Of a stretch of DNA of 64,000 nucleotides, positions 18,747 to 29,276 are shown in pieces. Below the pieces are notes generated by a model. The model was not told the origin of the DNA, did no database searches, and worked only from the letters and a program-made list of their open reading frames with translations. Every line of letters starts with the position of its first letter. The first letter of the stretch is position 1. Position numbers and translations under genes: made by a program. This stretch comes from Desulfomonilia bacterium (GTDB lineage: Bacteria > Desulfobacterota > Desulfomonilia > UBA1062): contig JBEKDT010000001.1 in the NCBI GenBank assembly GCA_050014195.1, positions 288,001 through 352,000 on the forward strand, written 5' to 3'.

Positions 18747-20057
18747 GTGGAGGATGAGAACATGCTTGAGAACATACGACTGAAACCGGAAGGCATCAGC
18801 AAGATAAACAAGAAGATGGTTGTAGGCCTCCTCTGCGGTGTTTTCTTCATCGCTTTTGTCCTGTTCGGTGTCGGTATCGGGCCAAAGAAAAGCGGGGCTA
18901 CCCAAACCGTACAGGCAACCACGAATCCTGAAATAACAACCGAGACACGGGATAAAGTGAACCTGGAATCTTTTGATAAACTTCCAAAGACATATGGGGA
19001 GCAGATGAGAGGGAGCAAGGCAGGCGATGTGGCACAGAATGGCCAGCCTTCCTCTTACATGGACCCGAACATGCCAGGCATGAACAATGGTCAGACAGGT
19101 CCTCAGCAGCCCTATCAATACGGCTTTAACGGTGGTGATCCACGATACGGCAAGACACAGCCATATGACCCGTACACTCAGCCCACCCAAGGGGGAGGAG
19201 GTACGCAAGACTCGAAGAAACAGGCGCTTGACGAGGCCCGGAAATCGAAGATCTTTTTTTCAGAGACAAGCACTCCCACGAGAATGCAACAGGCATCGCC
19301 TGCGGCTGCCGTAACGCAAGCGCCGAACATGCCTTCAATGCCTCCGGGTATGATGCTGGCCCAGGCCCCGTGCGGCCAGGAGCCTTATACTGACCAGGCC
19401 AGGAAAAGGGCATTCCTCGATGAATCCAAGAAATCGGATGAAGCCATATATCTGGAGCACCAGATCCAGGAGCCTGCATCCCCTTATCAGGTCATGGCAG
19501 GCACTGTGCTCCCTGCAGTCCTGATTACCGGTATAAACTCCGACCTACCCGGGCAAATCATCGCCCAGCTGAGAGAGAACGTCTATGACTCGGTATCCGG
19601 CAAGTATCTTCTGATCCCGCAGGGAACCAAGCTGATCGGAACGTATGACAACCAGATCTCCTGGGGTCAGAACAGGGTCATGCAGGTATGGACCAGGATG
19701 ATATTCCCGGACGGATCATCGATTATCCTGAATGGCATGCAGGGAACCGACCTTTCCGGATACGCCGGTGCAAGTGACCAGGTTAATTATCACTATGGAA
19801 GAATCGCAGGAGCTGTCCTGTTGAGCACGTTCTTAAGCGTCGGGGCACAGCAGGCTGGAGGAAACAACTCGGAGGGCAATTATCCAACCGTCAGACAACA
19901 GATGGCAGGGCAAGCAGCAGGAGGATTCAACCAAGCAGGACAGAAGCTCCTCGATCGGGAGCTCAATGTCGCCCCTACAATCGAGATCAGGCCGGGGTAC
20001 AAGTTCAATGTTATGGTGAACCGGGACATGATCCTGAGGCCGTATTCGCTTCAATGA
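18747..20057 (+). CDS. trbI: TrbI/VirB10
   Basis: N-terminal TM, Pro/Gln linker, AGTVLPAVLITGINSDLPG, PTIEIRPG. Confidence 0.95.
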   Translation: MEDENMLENIRLKPEGISKINKKMVVGLLCGVFFIAFVLFGVGIGPKKSGATQTVQATTNPEITTETRDKVNLESFDKLPKTYGEQMRGSKAGDVAQNGQPSSYMDPNMPGMNNGQTGPQQPYQYGFNGGDPRYGKTQPYDPYTQPTQGGGGTQDSKKQALDEARKSKIFFSETSTPTRMQQASPAAAVTQAPNMPSMPPGMMLAQAPCGQEPYTDQARKRAFLDESKKSDEAIYLEHQIQEPASPYQVMAGTVLPAVLITGINSDLPGQIIAQLRENVYDSVSGKYLLIPQGTKLIGTYDNQISWGQNRVMQVWTRMIFPDGSSIILNGMQGTDLSGYAGASDQVNYHYGRIAGAVLLSTFLSVGAQQAGGNNSEGNYPTVRQQMAGQAAGGFNQAGQKLLDRELNVAPTIEIRPGYKFNVMVNRDMILRPYSLQ

Positions 20058-20070
20058 GTGATGAGTATAA

Positions 20071-20598
20071 TTGATGTGGAGAAAAAAGGCCGAGCTGAAA
20101 CCATTGCTGTATGCTCTTCTGATTTTTGCTGGATTCATAATTGTATGCAAGGTTTTGAGCTATAAGATCATGTTCCAGATAACACCAAGTCTCCCTAAAG
20201 GAATTTATTGGATCGATCATCCGAACAGTATTGAAAAAGGAATGATCTGTGTCTTTGACATACCCCACAATGTTTATGGCCTGATGAAGACAAGAGGATG
20301 GCTCCCTGAACACTTCAGGTTTTATCTATCGAAACCATTGGTTGCAAAACAGGGGGATATAATCGAAGTCTCAGCAAACGGGCTTTATATTAACGGAAAG
20401 TATTTTGGACCTGTGAAACAGTATGATTCCCAAGGCCTCCCGTTACCCAGAATATACCGTAAATATATCCTTATGCAGTGGGAGTATTTCTTTGCCAGCT
20501 CATACACCAACAGCTTCGACAGCAGATATTTCGGAACAGTCAGGAAAGAGAATATCAGGTGGGTTGAAAAGCCTCTGCTAGTCTTCAGCTCTAATTGA
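20071..20598 (+). CDS. traF: Conjugative S26 peptidase TraF (pilin maturation)
   Basis: TPSLPKGIY (Ser), SKPLVAKQGD (Lys), SFDSRYFG. Confidence 0.88.
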   Translation: MMWRKKAELKPLLYALLIFAGFIIVCKVLSYKIMFQITPSLPKGIYWIDHPNSIEKGMICVFDIPHNVYGLMKTRGWLPEHFRFYLSKPLVAKQGDIIEVSANGLYINGKYFGPVKQYDSQGLPLPRIYRKYILMQWEYFFASSYTNSFDSRYFGTVRKENIRWVEKPLLVFSSN

Positions 20599-20622
20599 TC
20601 TGCCAAGGAGGAATGGAATGTT

Positions 20623-22404
20623 ATGAAGAGATACCCGGTACAAAGCCAGAGCTATGAAGGATTCGAGACCTGGTGGAACCAGATCCGCATGTCCATACAG
20701 ATGCACACCAAGATAGTATCAATACTATTATGCTTCCATGTTCTTCTGTTCTTTTTTGCCTGCTGGTACAAGATTGACAAAACCTCGATCCGTTCTGCCT
20801 CACAATGGCTTTTTGCTTATATTATGTGGCCGACCGCAAGACTGAGGTTCGTAAATACAAACGGTACAGTAGTATACGCTACTGCCCAGAGGATCGCAGC
20901 TTATGCGCCCCTGCGAGCCTATTCTATGTACGTATTCCATACAATGCGTAACCTCTTTTTCTGGTGTGCTTCGGTATATATCTTCTATATCCCTATCTGG
21001 ATGTTCTTCCACGATAAGGCAAAGTATCAGTCCGACCGGAGGCATATCCGTGGATCAAGGCTCAGCACGATTCAGGAATTCAATTATGAAGTGAAGAAAA
21101 GGAAAGATGAACCTGGACTTTCTGTCGGTAGCGTTCGCATGCCCAAATCTTTAGAACCCAGACACACTTTCATTATAGGAGGACCTGGAGCAGGAAAAAC
21201 AAACTGTGCGGCCCAGATCATTGAAGATTTAAAGAAGCGGAATGCACAGGCAATCATATATGACTTCAAAGGGGATTATCTCAGAAGGTTTTATAACCAG
21301 GAAACGGACATCATTTTCAATCCTCTCGATGCAAGATCCGTAGGGTGGAACCTTTTCAATGAGATCGAGACTCCGATGGATATCGATGCCATTGCTACTT
21401 CACTTATTCCCCATTCCATCTCTCAGATGGATACATTCTTCCCAGATGCGGCACGAGATGTTTTTGCCGGGATTCTTCATTATCTGTACCACGAAAACCA
21501 GAGGAGCAATCAGCATATCTGGGATACCGTTACTTCAAGGGCAGAATATGTTCTAGAAAAACTGCAGAGCATTGATGAAGGCAAGGGGGCAGCAAAGCAT
21601 ATTGAATTGCCTGAATCCACACAATCCCTGGGAGTTTTCGGCACCTTGATGGAATACGCAAAGGGTCTTAAGTACATGGCTAAAATAGATGGCCAATTCA
21701 AAATCAAGGACTGGCTGCAAAATGGGAAAGGGATGATCTACATCACGAATTACTCGATCATTCAGGAGGCCCTCCGGCCTATCCTCTCACTCTTTGTGGA
21801 TTTACTCGGGAGGCAGGTGCTGTCCCTGTCGGAATCAACAGAGAGGAGGATCTTTTTCCTCCTGGATGAGTTTGGGACTCTACAACGGCTTCCTACTATA
21901 GTAAAGCTTCTGACAATGGCTCGGAGCAAAGGAGGATGCGTATTTATAGGTATCCAGGACTATGGGCAGATCGACCAGACATACTCCGTCAATCATAGGC
22001 AGAGCATTATCAATGCCTGTGGGAACAAGATCATCTTTAATGTGGATGATCCCACATCCGCAAAGGTTAGCTCCGATATCTTGAGTGAAACGGAATACAT
22101 TGAAATGAATAAAACCCGGTCCATGGGTGTGAACGATAATCGGGACGGGACCTCCCTTGCTGAACGGACAAAGAGAGAAAGTCTCATCATGCCTGCAGAG
22201 CTCATGAAGCTTCCTGATCTTACCGCTATCGTCAGGTTCAAGGCCTTTGATCCTCTGATAAGCACATTCAAGTACAAGATTTATCCGGATAAGGCACCTG
22301 TGCTTGTTATGAGGGATGATCTCCTTTTGAAACCAAATCCCAAGGTTAAGAAGCCCTCTCCTGCTGAAGTTGAAGAAAGCATATTGCAAGCTATATCCCA
22401 ATAA
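20623..22404 (+). CDS. Type IV coupling protein, TrwB/TraD-like
   Basis: Two N-terminal TMs, HIRGS, GGPGAGKT, IYDFKG, NPLDAR, LLDEFGTL, GIQD. Confidence 0.9.
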   Translation: MKRYPVQSQSYEGFETWWNQIRMSIQMHTKIVSILLCFHVLLFFFACWYKIDKTSIRSASQWLFAYIMWPTARLRFVNTNGTVVYATAQRIAAYAPLRAYSMYVFHTMRNLFFWCASVYIFYIPIWMFFHDKAKYQSDRRHIRGSRLSTIQEFNYEVKKRKDEPGLSVGSVRMPKSLEPRHTFIIGGPGAGKTNCAAQIIEDLKKRNAQAIIYDFKGDYLRRFYNQETDIIFNPLDARSVGWNLFNEIETPMDIDAIATSLIPHSISQMDTFFPDAARDVFAGILHYLYHENQRSNQHIWDTVTSRAEYVLEKLQSIDEGKGAAKHIELPESTQSLGVFGTLMEYAKGLKYMAKIDGQFKIKDWLQNGKGMIYITNYSIIQEALRPILSLFVDLLGRQVLSLSESTERRIFFLLDEFGTLQRLPTIVKLLTMARSKGGCVFIGIQDYGQIDQTYSVNHRQSIINACGNKIIFNVDDPTSAKVSSDILSETEYIEMNKTRSMGVNDNRDGTSLAERTKRESLIMPAELMKLPDLTAIVRFKAFDPLISTFKYKIYPDKAPVLVMRDDLLLKPNPKVKKPSPAEVEESILQAISQ

Positions 22405-22417
22405 AGGAGCAACTCAT

Positions 22418-23374
22418 ATGGACTTCCGAAAACGTGAACAGCAAATGAACAGTAGAGTCTATGACATGCTCACGAGTTCCTTTGGCCCAACCATTCAGGA
22501 TCTTATGCGGGATAAAGATGTGATCGAGATTATGCTCAATCCTGATGGTTGTCTGTGGGTTGACCGGTTAAGTACAGGAAGGTCCTATACAGGTCAAGAC
22601 ATGAGCGCTGCTGATGCTGAACGGATTATACGAATAGTCAGCTCAAAGACAAATACCATATGCAATGCGGATAACCCCATTATCTCTGCAGAGCTTCCGG
22701 GATCAGGAGAACGGTTTCAAGGGATGCTCTCGCCGGTGGTGGAAAAGCCAACCATCACGATTCGGAAAAAGGCCCTCATGGTCTACACCCTGGAGGATTA
22801 CGTGAACCAGGGGATAATGACCGGGAAAGCTGCCGACTTTCTGAAAAAGGCGGTCCGGGATAAACAGAACATACTGGTTGTGGGCGGGACTGGTTCCGGA
22901 AAGACGACACTGGCCAATGCTATCCTTGCCGAGATAGCTCGATACGAGGATCGTATTGTGCTCATAGAAGATACCCTTGAACTTCAGTGCGAGGTCAAGG
23001 ATTGTGTCTCGTTAAGAACTTGTGATGCAGCGAATATCACCACCTTGCTAAAGGCAACCATGCGCTTGCGTCCTGACAGAATCATTGTTGGAGAAGTGCG
23101 GGGAGGGGAAGCCTTGGGCCTGCTGAAAGCATGGAATACAGGACATCCTGGCGGTTTATGCACTATCCATGCGAATGGTCCGAGAGAAGGGCTTATCCGG
23201 ATTGAGCAGCTCGTCCAGGAGGTGGTGCCCGGAGTGCCGCGAAGCTTGATTGCAGCAACAGTAAATGTCTTAGTATACATCAAGAGAGAAGGGCATGGGC
23301 GGAAGGTTGAGAGCATAGCCACTGTTGAGGGTTGCAGGGACGATGAGTATATGTTGAGGTTTCTGGAGGGGTAA
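22418..23374 (+). CDS. trbB: TrbB/VirB11 ATPase
   Basis: EIMLNPDG, GGTGSGKTT, IEDTLEL, RPDRIIVGEVRG, WNTGHPGG; start after AAGGAG. Confidence 0.95.
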   Translation: MDFRKREQQMNSRVYDMLTSSFGPTIQDLMRDKDVIEIMLNPDGCLWVDRLSTGRSYTGQDMSAADAERIIRIVSSKTNTICNADNPIISAELPGSGERFQGMLSPVVEKPTITIRKKALMVYTLEDYVNQGIMTGKAADFLKKAVRDKQNILVVGGTGSGKTTLANAILAEIARYEDRIVLIEDTLELQCEVKDCVSLRTCDAANITTLLKATMRLRPDRIIVGEVRGGEALGLLKAWNTGHPGGLCTIHANGPREGLIRIEQLVQEVVPGVPRSLIAATVNVLVYIKREGHGRKVESIATVEGCRDDEYMLRFLEG

Positions 23375-23755
23375 GTGGATAAGCGAGAAGGTATTGTCTC
23401 GGATGTCCGGCAGAATCTATTCAAGGTGGGTGACTGTTTTGTGAAGGTGGCATTCGGAGAACCTCCGGTTGTGAGTAATGGAGACCAAGTAGTCATTGTA
23501 GGGTTTCTTCGACGTGGGCTCATAACCCCATATGCCTGCAACAACATCACGAAGCAGCTAATGTGGCATCTGTCCTATACTCTTCATCTGTTAGCCGGGA
23601 TTCTTGTGCTTTTGTGCGGGATTTTTGTGATATTGGGTTCTACGACATGGTTGATAGTCCTTGGATGTTTGGTAAACCTCATTGGCATCTTGATGATAAT
23701 CAAAGGAGTTGTTATTCTAAGGGCAATAAGATCGGTTTCTATACCTCGCACATAA
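23375..23755 (+). CDS. Hypothetical membrane protein
   Basis: Abuts the trbB stop; two C-terminal hydrophobic helices. Confidence 0.6.
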   Translation: MDKREGIVSDVRQNLFKVGDCFVKVAFGEPPVVSNGDQVVIVGFLRRGLITPYACNNITKQLMWHLSYTLHLLAGILVLLCGIFVILGSTTWLIVLGCLVNLIGILMIIKGVVILRAIRSVSIPRT

Positions 23756-23764
23756 GAAAGGGCA

Positions 23765-23974
23765 GTGATGATCGCATTAAAATCTACATCTAGTGATGGG
23801 GCTTCATTTAAAGTTTATAAAAACAATATACTCATTGGTCATATCCATAAACAAAAGGGTTTGTCCGGCGATAAGTATCAGCCAGCAATCGATAAGGGTG
23901 GAGAAGAAGAGCGTGCCGCTAAGGTTTTTGATAGCCCCAATGATGCCTTGCAGTGGATTGAGAAACAACTATAA
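23765..23974 (+). CDS. Hypothetical protein (69 aa)
   Basis: Last ORF of the trb operon, purine-rich RBS, small beta-beta-alpha-like pattern. Confidence 0.55.
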   Translation: MMIALKSTSSDGASFKVYKNNILIGHIHKQKGLSGDKYQPAIDKGGEEERAAKVFDSPNDALQWIEKQL

Positions 23975-24209
23975 TCATAGAAATTAACAGCCCCCTGACC
24001 TGTTAACTTTTGAAGATTATCAATGTAAATATTCAGTTTAATCATAGCGTTGACTATGGTACAATAACCTATGATTATAAGTCTAATAAAGATGAACCCA
24101 AGTGGATTATTTCAGCCAATTATGCTATAGATTCTTTAGTGTGATGACTTTGCATCTTTGATTCCCACCAAGGCACAGACAAGACAGATTTGCAAGAAAG
24201 GTCATATTT

Positions 24210-25817
24210 ATGCACATAAAAAAAATTAAAATTGAAGGGTATAAGAGTTTTCGTAATTTTGAATTGGACTTAAACAAAACACTTAATGTCATTGTAGGTG
24301 ATAATGAGACTGGGAAGTCTACTTTGCTTGAGGCAATCAACCTTGTACTATCCTACCAACTTGAAGGTCGCAGCATACAGTATGAATTAAATCCCTACAT
24401 CTTTAATGGTGCCATAGTTCGAAACTACTTTAATGCCATTAAAAATGGGGAAAATCCATCCCCTCCTCAAATCCTAATAGAGGCATACCTTGATGATGTT
24501 GAAAGCGGTGAATTATCAAAGCTTAAGGGAACGAACAATACAGCTGGCGAAGACTGTCCAGGATTATACTTGAAAGTTGTATTGAACGATGATTTTACTA
24601 AAGACTTCATGGATTACACCCATGCAGATGATAATCCATGCATACTACCGACTGAGTACTACACAATTGTATGGCGATCTTTCGCAGATAATTCAGTGGC
24701 AACCAGGAATCTACCGTTTCGTGCAAAAATAATCGATACAAGTCTTGTCAGAGGATACATAGGGCCAAACAAATACCTCTCAAGAATAATCAATGATGTC
24801 TTGGAGGACGATAATCAACGGCTTTCTATGTCCCTGGCTTATAGAAAGCTTAAATATCTATTCATGAATGAGGATGGTATAAAAAAAGTAAATGCCCACT
24901 TGGCAAATAAAAAGGGCGATGTTACTGAAAAAACCCTTACCGTATCAATGGATATGTCTGCACGGTCAACATGGGATAGCAGTATAACGGCACATTTAGA
25001 TGACATACCCTTCGACCTCATTGGAAAAGGAGAACAATGCCGTGTACAAATGAAGCTTGCTATTGAAGCAGCAGGCGATTCGAATGTATTGCTGATAGAG
25101 GAACCCGAAAATCATCTATCACACTCAAACATGTGTAAATTGTTAGATGAAATCACACAAAGAGGTGCTGATAGGCAAGTGATTCTCACAACCCATAGTA
25201 ATTTTGTTTTGAATAAACTCGGAATTGATAATGTGAAACTACTTTCCTCCGGCAAAACTATGACTCTTTCCGATCTGTCTCCAGACACCAAAGACTACTT
25301 TATGAAGCTTCCTGGGTACGACACCTTAAGACTGATTCTATCGTTTAAAACGATTCTTGTAGAGGGACCTTCCGATGAGTTGATCGTACAAAAGGCATAT
25401 AAGAAACAGCATGGGAAACTGCCCATAGAGAATGGTATTGACGTTATTACAGTAGGTTCCCTTGCTTTCAAAAGATTCCTTGAGATAGGAAAATTACTTA
25501 ACCTTGATATCCGTGTTGTTACAGACAATGATGGAAATGTTGATTCAATTAAGGAAAAATATAGGGATTATCTTGGTAGACAGGCCGGGAATATAAAGAT
25601 TTACTATGATACTGATGAAAACTACCCTACATTGGAGCCTCAATTACTCAAGGCAAACTCGTTAGATGTTCTGAATGGAGTGTTGGGGAAAGATTTTACA
25701 AATGAAAATGATCTTCTTAATTATATGGACAAAAACAAAACAGATATAGCCCTCAAGATATTCAACTCTGATAAGCTCCTAACTTTTCCGAGTTATATAC
25801 AAAATGCAGTCATCTGA
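24210..25817 (+). CDS. gajA: Gabija GajA (OLD-family ABC ATPase-TOPRIM nuclease)
   Basis: GDNETGKST, IEEPENHL, TTHS, TOPRIM LVEGPSD and TDND; followed by a UvrD helicase. Confidence 0.88.
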   Translation: MHIKKIKIEGYKSFRNFELDLNKTLNVIVGDNETGKSTLLEAINLVLSYQLEGRSIQYELNPYIFNGAIVRNYFNAIKNGENPSPPQILIEAYLDDVESGELSKLKGTNNTAGEDCPGLYLKVVLNDDFTKDFMDYTHADDNPCILPTEYYTIVWRSFADNSVATRNLPFRAKIIDTSLVRGYIGPNKYLSRIINDVLEDDNQRLSMSLAYRKLKYLFMNEDGIKKVNAHLANKKGDVTEKTLTVSMDMSARSTWDSSITAHLDDIPFDLIGKGEQCRVQMKLAIEAAGDSNVLLIEEPENHLSHSNMCKLLDEITQRGADRQVILTTHSNFVLNKLGIDNVKLLSSGKTMTLSDLSPDTKDYFMKLPGYDTLRLILSFKTILVEGPSDELIVQKAYKKQHGKLPIENGIDVITVGSLAFKRFLEIGKLLNLDIRVVTDNDGNVDSIKEKYRDYLGRQAGNIKIYYDTDENYPTLEPQLLKANSLDVLNGVLGKDFTNENDLLNYMDKNKTDIALKIFNSDKLLTFPSYIQNAVI

Positions 25818-26892
25818 TAACAGGATAATTATAGCATCAGCTGGCTCTGGTAAAACAACGTTTTTGATAAAAGAAGCACTGTCTCTACCAGACAGAAAAA
25901 TCTTAATACTCACATATACCAATAACAATATTAATGAGATCAGAAACAAGTTCTATAAGATATATGGTGGCATTCCTAAACATGTTGATGTGATGACATG
26001 GTTTTCCTTTCTATTGCATGAGTGCGCAAGACCATATCAGCGTTCAGTTTATTCAAGTGATAGGGTGAAGACAATCTATTATCCAAAAGGTCGTTCAGCC
26101 CTTTATGTGCCCTACAACGAGACCGAAAGATACTATTTCAAGAATGGTGATGAGATATATTCTGATAAAATTGCACGTTTTATAATCGATTGCGAAAACA
26201 ACTCAAAGGGTCTCGTGACAAAGAGGCTGGCAGATATTTATAATGAGATTTATATTGATGAATTTCAGGACTTATCCGGTTGGGATTTAGATCTATTGGA
26301 AATCTTATTACAGGTCGGAATTCGCATGGTAATAGTGGGAGATCCTAGACAATGCACCTACACAACAAATAATTCTGCCAGGAATTGCCAATGTTGCGGT
26401 ATGGGGATGCTGGATTTGATATGTCAATGGGAAGCAAACAACCTATGTTGTATTGAAAAACTCGCAAGAAGTTATAGATGTAACCAACAGATATGTGATT
26501 TTGCCGACTTGCTGTGGCCTGACATGGAGAAAACGGTTTCTCATAACCACAAGACCACTGATCATGATGGTATATTCATTGTGTCGGAAGATTACATACA
26601 CGAATACGTTAAAACCTTTTTCCCAAAGGTTCTCAGATACAATAAAACAGCTAACACCTATGGCTATGGTGCACAGAATTTCGGGGCGGTTAAAGGCTTG
26701 GAATTTGAAAGAGTTCTGATTATTCCACATGGTCCGATGAAAAAATATCTCCATACAGGGAATTTGAATGATGTCAGAAAATCTTTAGAACTGTTCTATG
26801 TGGCTATTACAAGGGCAAAACAGAGTGTTGCTTTCCTGTATGATGAGAAATGTGGGTGCGGATGTATTCATTGGAAGCCCAAACTCAACTGA
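25804..26892 (+). CDS. gajB: Gabija GajB (short UvrD-like helicase)
   Basis: ASAGSGKT, IDEFQD, GDPRQ, SYRC, KGLEF, YVAITRA; overlaps gajA. Confidence 0.88.
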   Translation: MQSSDNRIIIASAGSGKTTFLIKEALSLPDRKILILTYTNNNINEIRNKFYKIYGGIPKHVDVMTWFSFLLHECARPYQRSVYSSDRVKTIYYPKGRSALYVPYNETERYYFKNGDEIYSDKIARFIIDCENNSKGLVTKRLADIYNEIYIDEFQDLSGWDLDLLEILLQVGIRMVIVGDPRQCTYTTNNSARNCQCCGMGMLDLICQWEANNLCCIEKLARSYRCNQQICDFADLLWPDMEKTVSHNHKTTDHDGIFIVSEDYIHEYVKTFFPKVLRYNKTANTYGYGAQNFGAVKGLEFERVLIIPHGPMKKYLHTGNLNDVRKSLELFYVAITRAKQSVAFLYDEKCGCGCIHWKPKLN

Positions 26893-27163
26893 TAGTGAAT
26901 ATTTATGTGATAACTCATCTGCCTCAATCTTTGAGTATCAACCGTTGATCCCTTCGATTTCGTCATGGTTTTGAGAAGGCGGAAAACTGAACATCATGGT
27001 TTCAAATCTATGATATCAAGGCTACAGGCTCAGAGCGCCTATCCTTTCACTCCACGTTAGAACAACCAGGAGGTCAGCTCAAAGTGGATTATTCCATAAT
27101 AATATGATATAATTATTTCAGTATCATATGACATTTCAACTGTGATTCCCTACTGACAACAAA

Positions 27164-27952
27164 GTGAGGTCAATTATGAAATATTCATCGAGAGCCATTA
27201 TAAGTATCCTTACAATACTCATTCTTTCAGCTAATGCTCAAGCATGGTCATCAATAACCCACATACTTATTGCCCAAGAGGCTGGTATTGCAAATCCTGA
27301 AACAGCATGTTTCCCTGATCTCTCCAGGAATGAAGAATATGCCTTATTAGTTCCGTATCACTGGCATGATGCTGCTCCTAATACCATTGTTACTCCGGAA
27401 TATATTGACCGGTATAAGATATCCGAAGGTACTTATCAAAAATTGGGTTCTCCAGGATCACAACCAATCAAGATTAGAGTTCCCGATTCATCCGGGGTCT
27501 TATACTGGGAGATAGTGCAGCTTTATAAAAAGCTGAAAGGGGCAAGGGGATGGGAGTATGATTATTATCTCGGTAACATAGCCCATTATGTCGGTGATCT
27601 ATCTCAACCTCTTCATAATTTCCCCTATGATAGCTCTTCTGCCGGTGATGGGAAGGTATATCCTGAAATAGGCAAGTGGAGCAAAGAACATCACGCTGAA
27701 TTTGATGATGCATTAGATTCCGTCTTACCTCTTAGCACAGAAAAGAAGCGAGCTTTTGAAAAGATGGTAACTCCGATTCAAATCAAATCCATTGATGATC
27801 TTAAGAAGGAGATTTCAAAGATAGCAAATAGCTCAATCGGCTTGGCTAATAAGTGTTACGCACAGAAGAGAATCATTACCGAGGATGAAGCTTTGAAGCA
27901 GGTGGCTATGTCGGTTTCTTTGTTAAAAGCAATCATTGACAGCACTAAGTGA
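27164..27952 (+). CDS. Secreted S1/P1 nuclease / Zn phospholipase C family protein
   Basis: Signal peptide ending AQA, then WSSITH, FPD, WHD, HYVGDLSQPLH, HAEFD zinc ligands. Confidence 0.82.
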   Translation: MRSIMKYSSRAIISILTILILSANAQAWSSITHILIAQEAGIANPETACFPDLSRNEEYALLVPYHWHDAAPNTIVTPEYIDRYKISEGTYQKLGSPGSQPIKIRVPDSSGVLYWEIVQLYKKLKGARGWEYDYYLGNIAHYVGDLSQPLHNFPYDSSSAGDGKVYPEIGKWSKEHHAEFDDALDSVLPLSTEKKRAFEKMVTPIQIKSIDDLKKEISKIANSSIGLANKCYAQKRIITEDEALKQVAMSVSLLKAIIDSTK

Positions 27953-28013
27953 AATATACCCTCCTTAACTTTGAGTATGTAAAATTGATTTAGGTGAACG
28001 AGAAGAAAGAGAA

Positions 28014-29273
28014 TTAAGCCTTTACTACCGGGATATCTGTCCATGATGTTGTGAATTGGGGAGATCGCCTTGTCTGCCTCATCCACCATGGCCGAGCGAA
28101 GCCGGAGGAGGCATGGATGAGAGTGCCTCTGCCCCATCGTCTGTTTACATCATCCACGGTTTGCATGAGTTTTAGCTCTCGTTCCCCTTCACGACTGGTG
28201 TGGAAAAGGTTCATTTGTACCTGTCCTCTTTGACATATTCCAGAGAGCATTACTCCGGCCTTCCTATATGCCGGACCTCTCCTGTATACACGTTCAAGAA
28301 GGGCCTTGGCATACCTTATGAGATCAGGGGTGTACGAGGTGGCAACAGGAATTGTAGTGGAGCAGAAATGAGTCCTTGGATGCCCATCATTGAATGGAAA
28401 CTCGATGAGCATCACTTGGATGATAGATGCGGCAGAATTCTGTTCTCTCAGCTTCTCCGATACTCTCGATGTGTAAGCAGCAACCGCCTCTTTGAGCTCG
28501 TCCAGGGTGTAGACCTTACGTCCGAAGGATCTGGAGCACATGATGGACTTTTTGGGTTGCTCTCCTTCATCAAGGGGTATGCAGGACGTACCTCTAAGCT
28601 CCATAACCGTGCGCAAGCCCACGACCGTCATGTGCTTTCTCACCCAGGAATCAGATGCATTCCTCAAGTCCAACGCCGTCAAGATCCCGTGTCGCCTGAG
28701 GAGCTTGGTATACTGCCAACCAACCCCCCATACATCTCCCACATCAATGTCGGCGAGGGTTTCTATGTGGTCTGTGATATCGAATACTCCTTGATATTCA
28801 GGCAGCTTCTTCACTAGCTTTGCAGCAGCCTTAGCAAGTGTTTTGGAGGGAGCTATCCCGATGGACACAGGAATGCCGACCCATCTTTTTACGGTCTTCC
28901 TGATAATTCTTCCATACTCAGTGAGGTTCTCAGGAATGCCGGTGAGATCTAGAAAGGCCTCATCTATTGAATAGACCTCCATCTCGGGAGTAAAGGTAGC
29001 AAGTGTCCCCATCACACGGGCAGACAGATCGCCATATAGCGGGAAGTTAGATGAAAAGACGTGCACCTTGTTTTTTGCTATGAGGGTTTGACACTGATGC
29101 AGAGGCTCTCCCATCTTGATGCCCAAGGCCTTAGCTTCGTTTGATCTGGCTATGATGCACCCATCATTGTTTGAAAGTACGACGACCGGTTTACCTTCAA
29201 TAGAAGGGTTAAAAATACGTTCGCAGGATGCATAAAAGTTGTTGCAGTCTACCAGAGCAAAGATCTGTTCCAT
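28014..29273 (-). CDS. umuC: Y-family polymerase UmuC
   Basis: LVDCNNFYASCE, LSNNDGC, YSIDEAF, SRSFG, RSPQFTTSW. Confidence 0.96.
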   Translation of the reverse strand: MEQIFALVDCNNFYASCERIFNPSIEGKPVVVLSNNDGCIIARSNEAKALGIKMGEPLHQCQTLIAKNKVHVFSSNFPLYGDLSARVMGTLATFTPEMEVYSIDEAFLDLTGIPENLTEYGRIIRKTVKRWVGIPVSIGIAPSKTLAKAAAKLVKKLPEYQGVFDITDHIETLADIDVGDVWGVGWQYTKLLRRHGILTALDLRNASDSWVRKHMTVVGLRTVMELRGTSCIPLDEGEQPKKSIMCSRSFGRKVYTLDELKEAVAAYTSRVSEKLREQNSAASIIQVMLIEFPFNDGHPRTHFCSTTIPVATSYTPDLIRYAKALLERVYRRGPAYRKAGVMLSGICQRGQVQMNLFHTSREGERELKLMQTVDDVNRRWGRGTLIHASSGFARPWWMRQTRRSPQFTTSWTDIPVVKA

Positions 29274-29276
29274 GGA

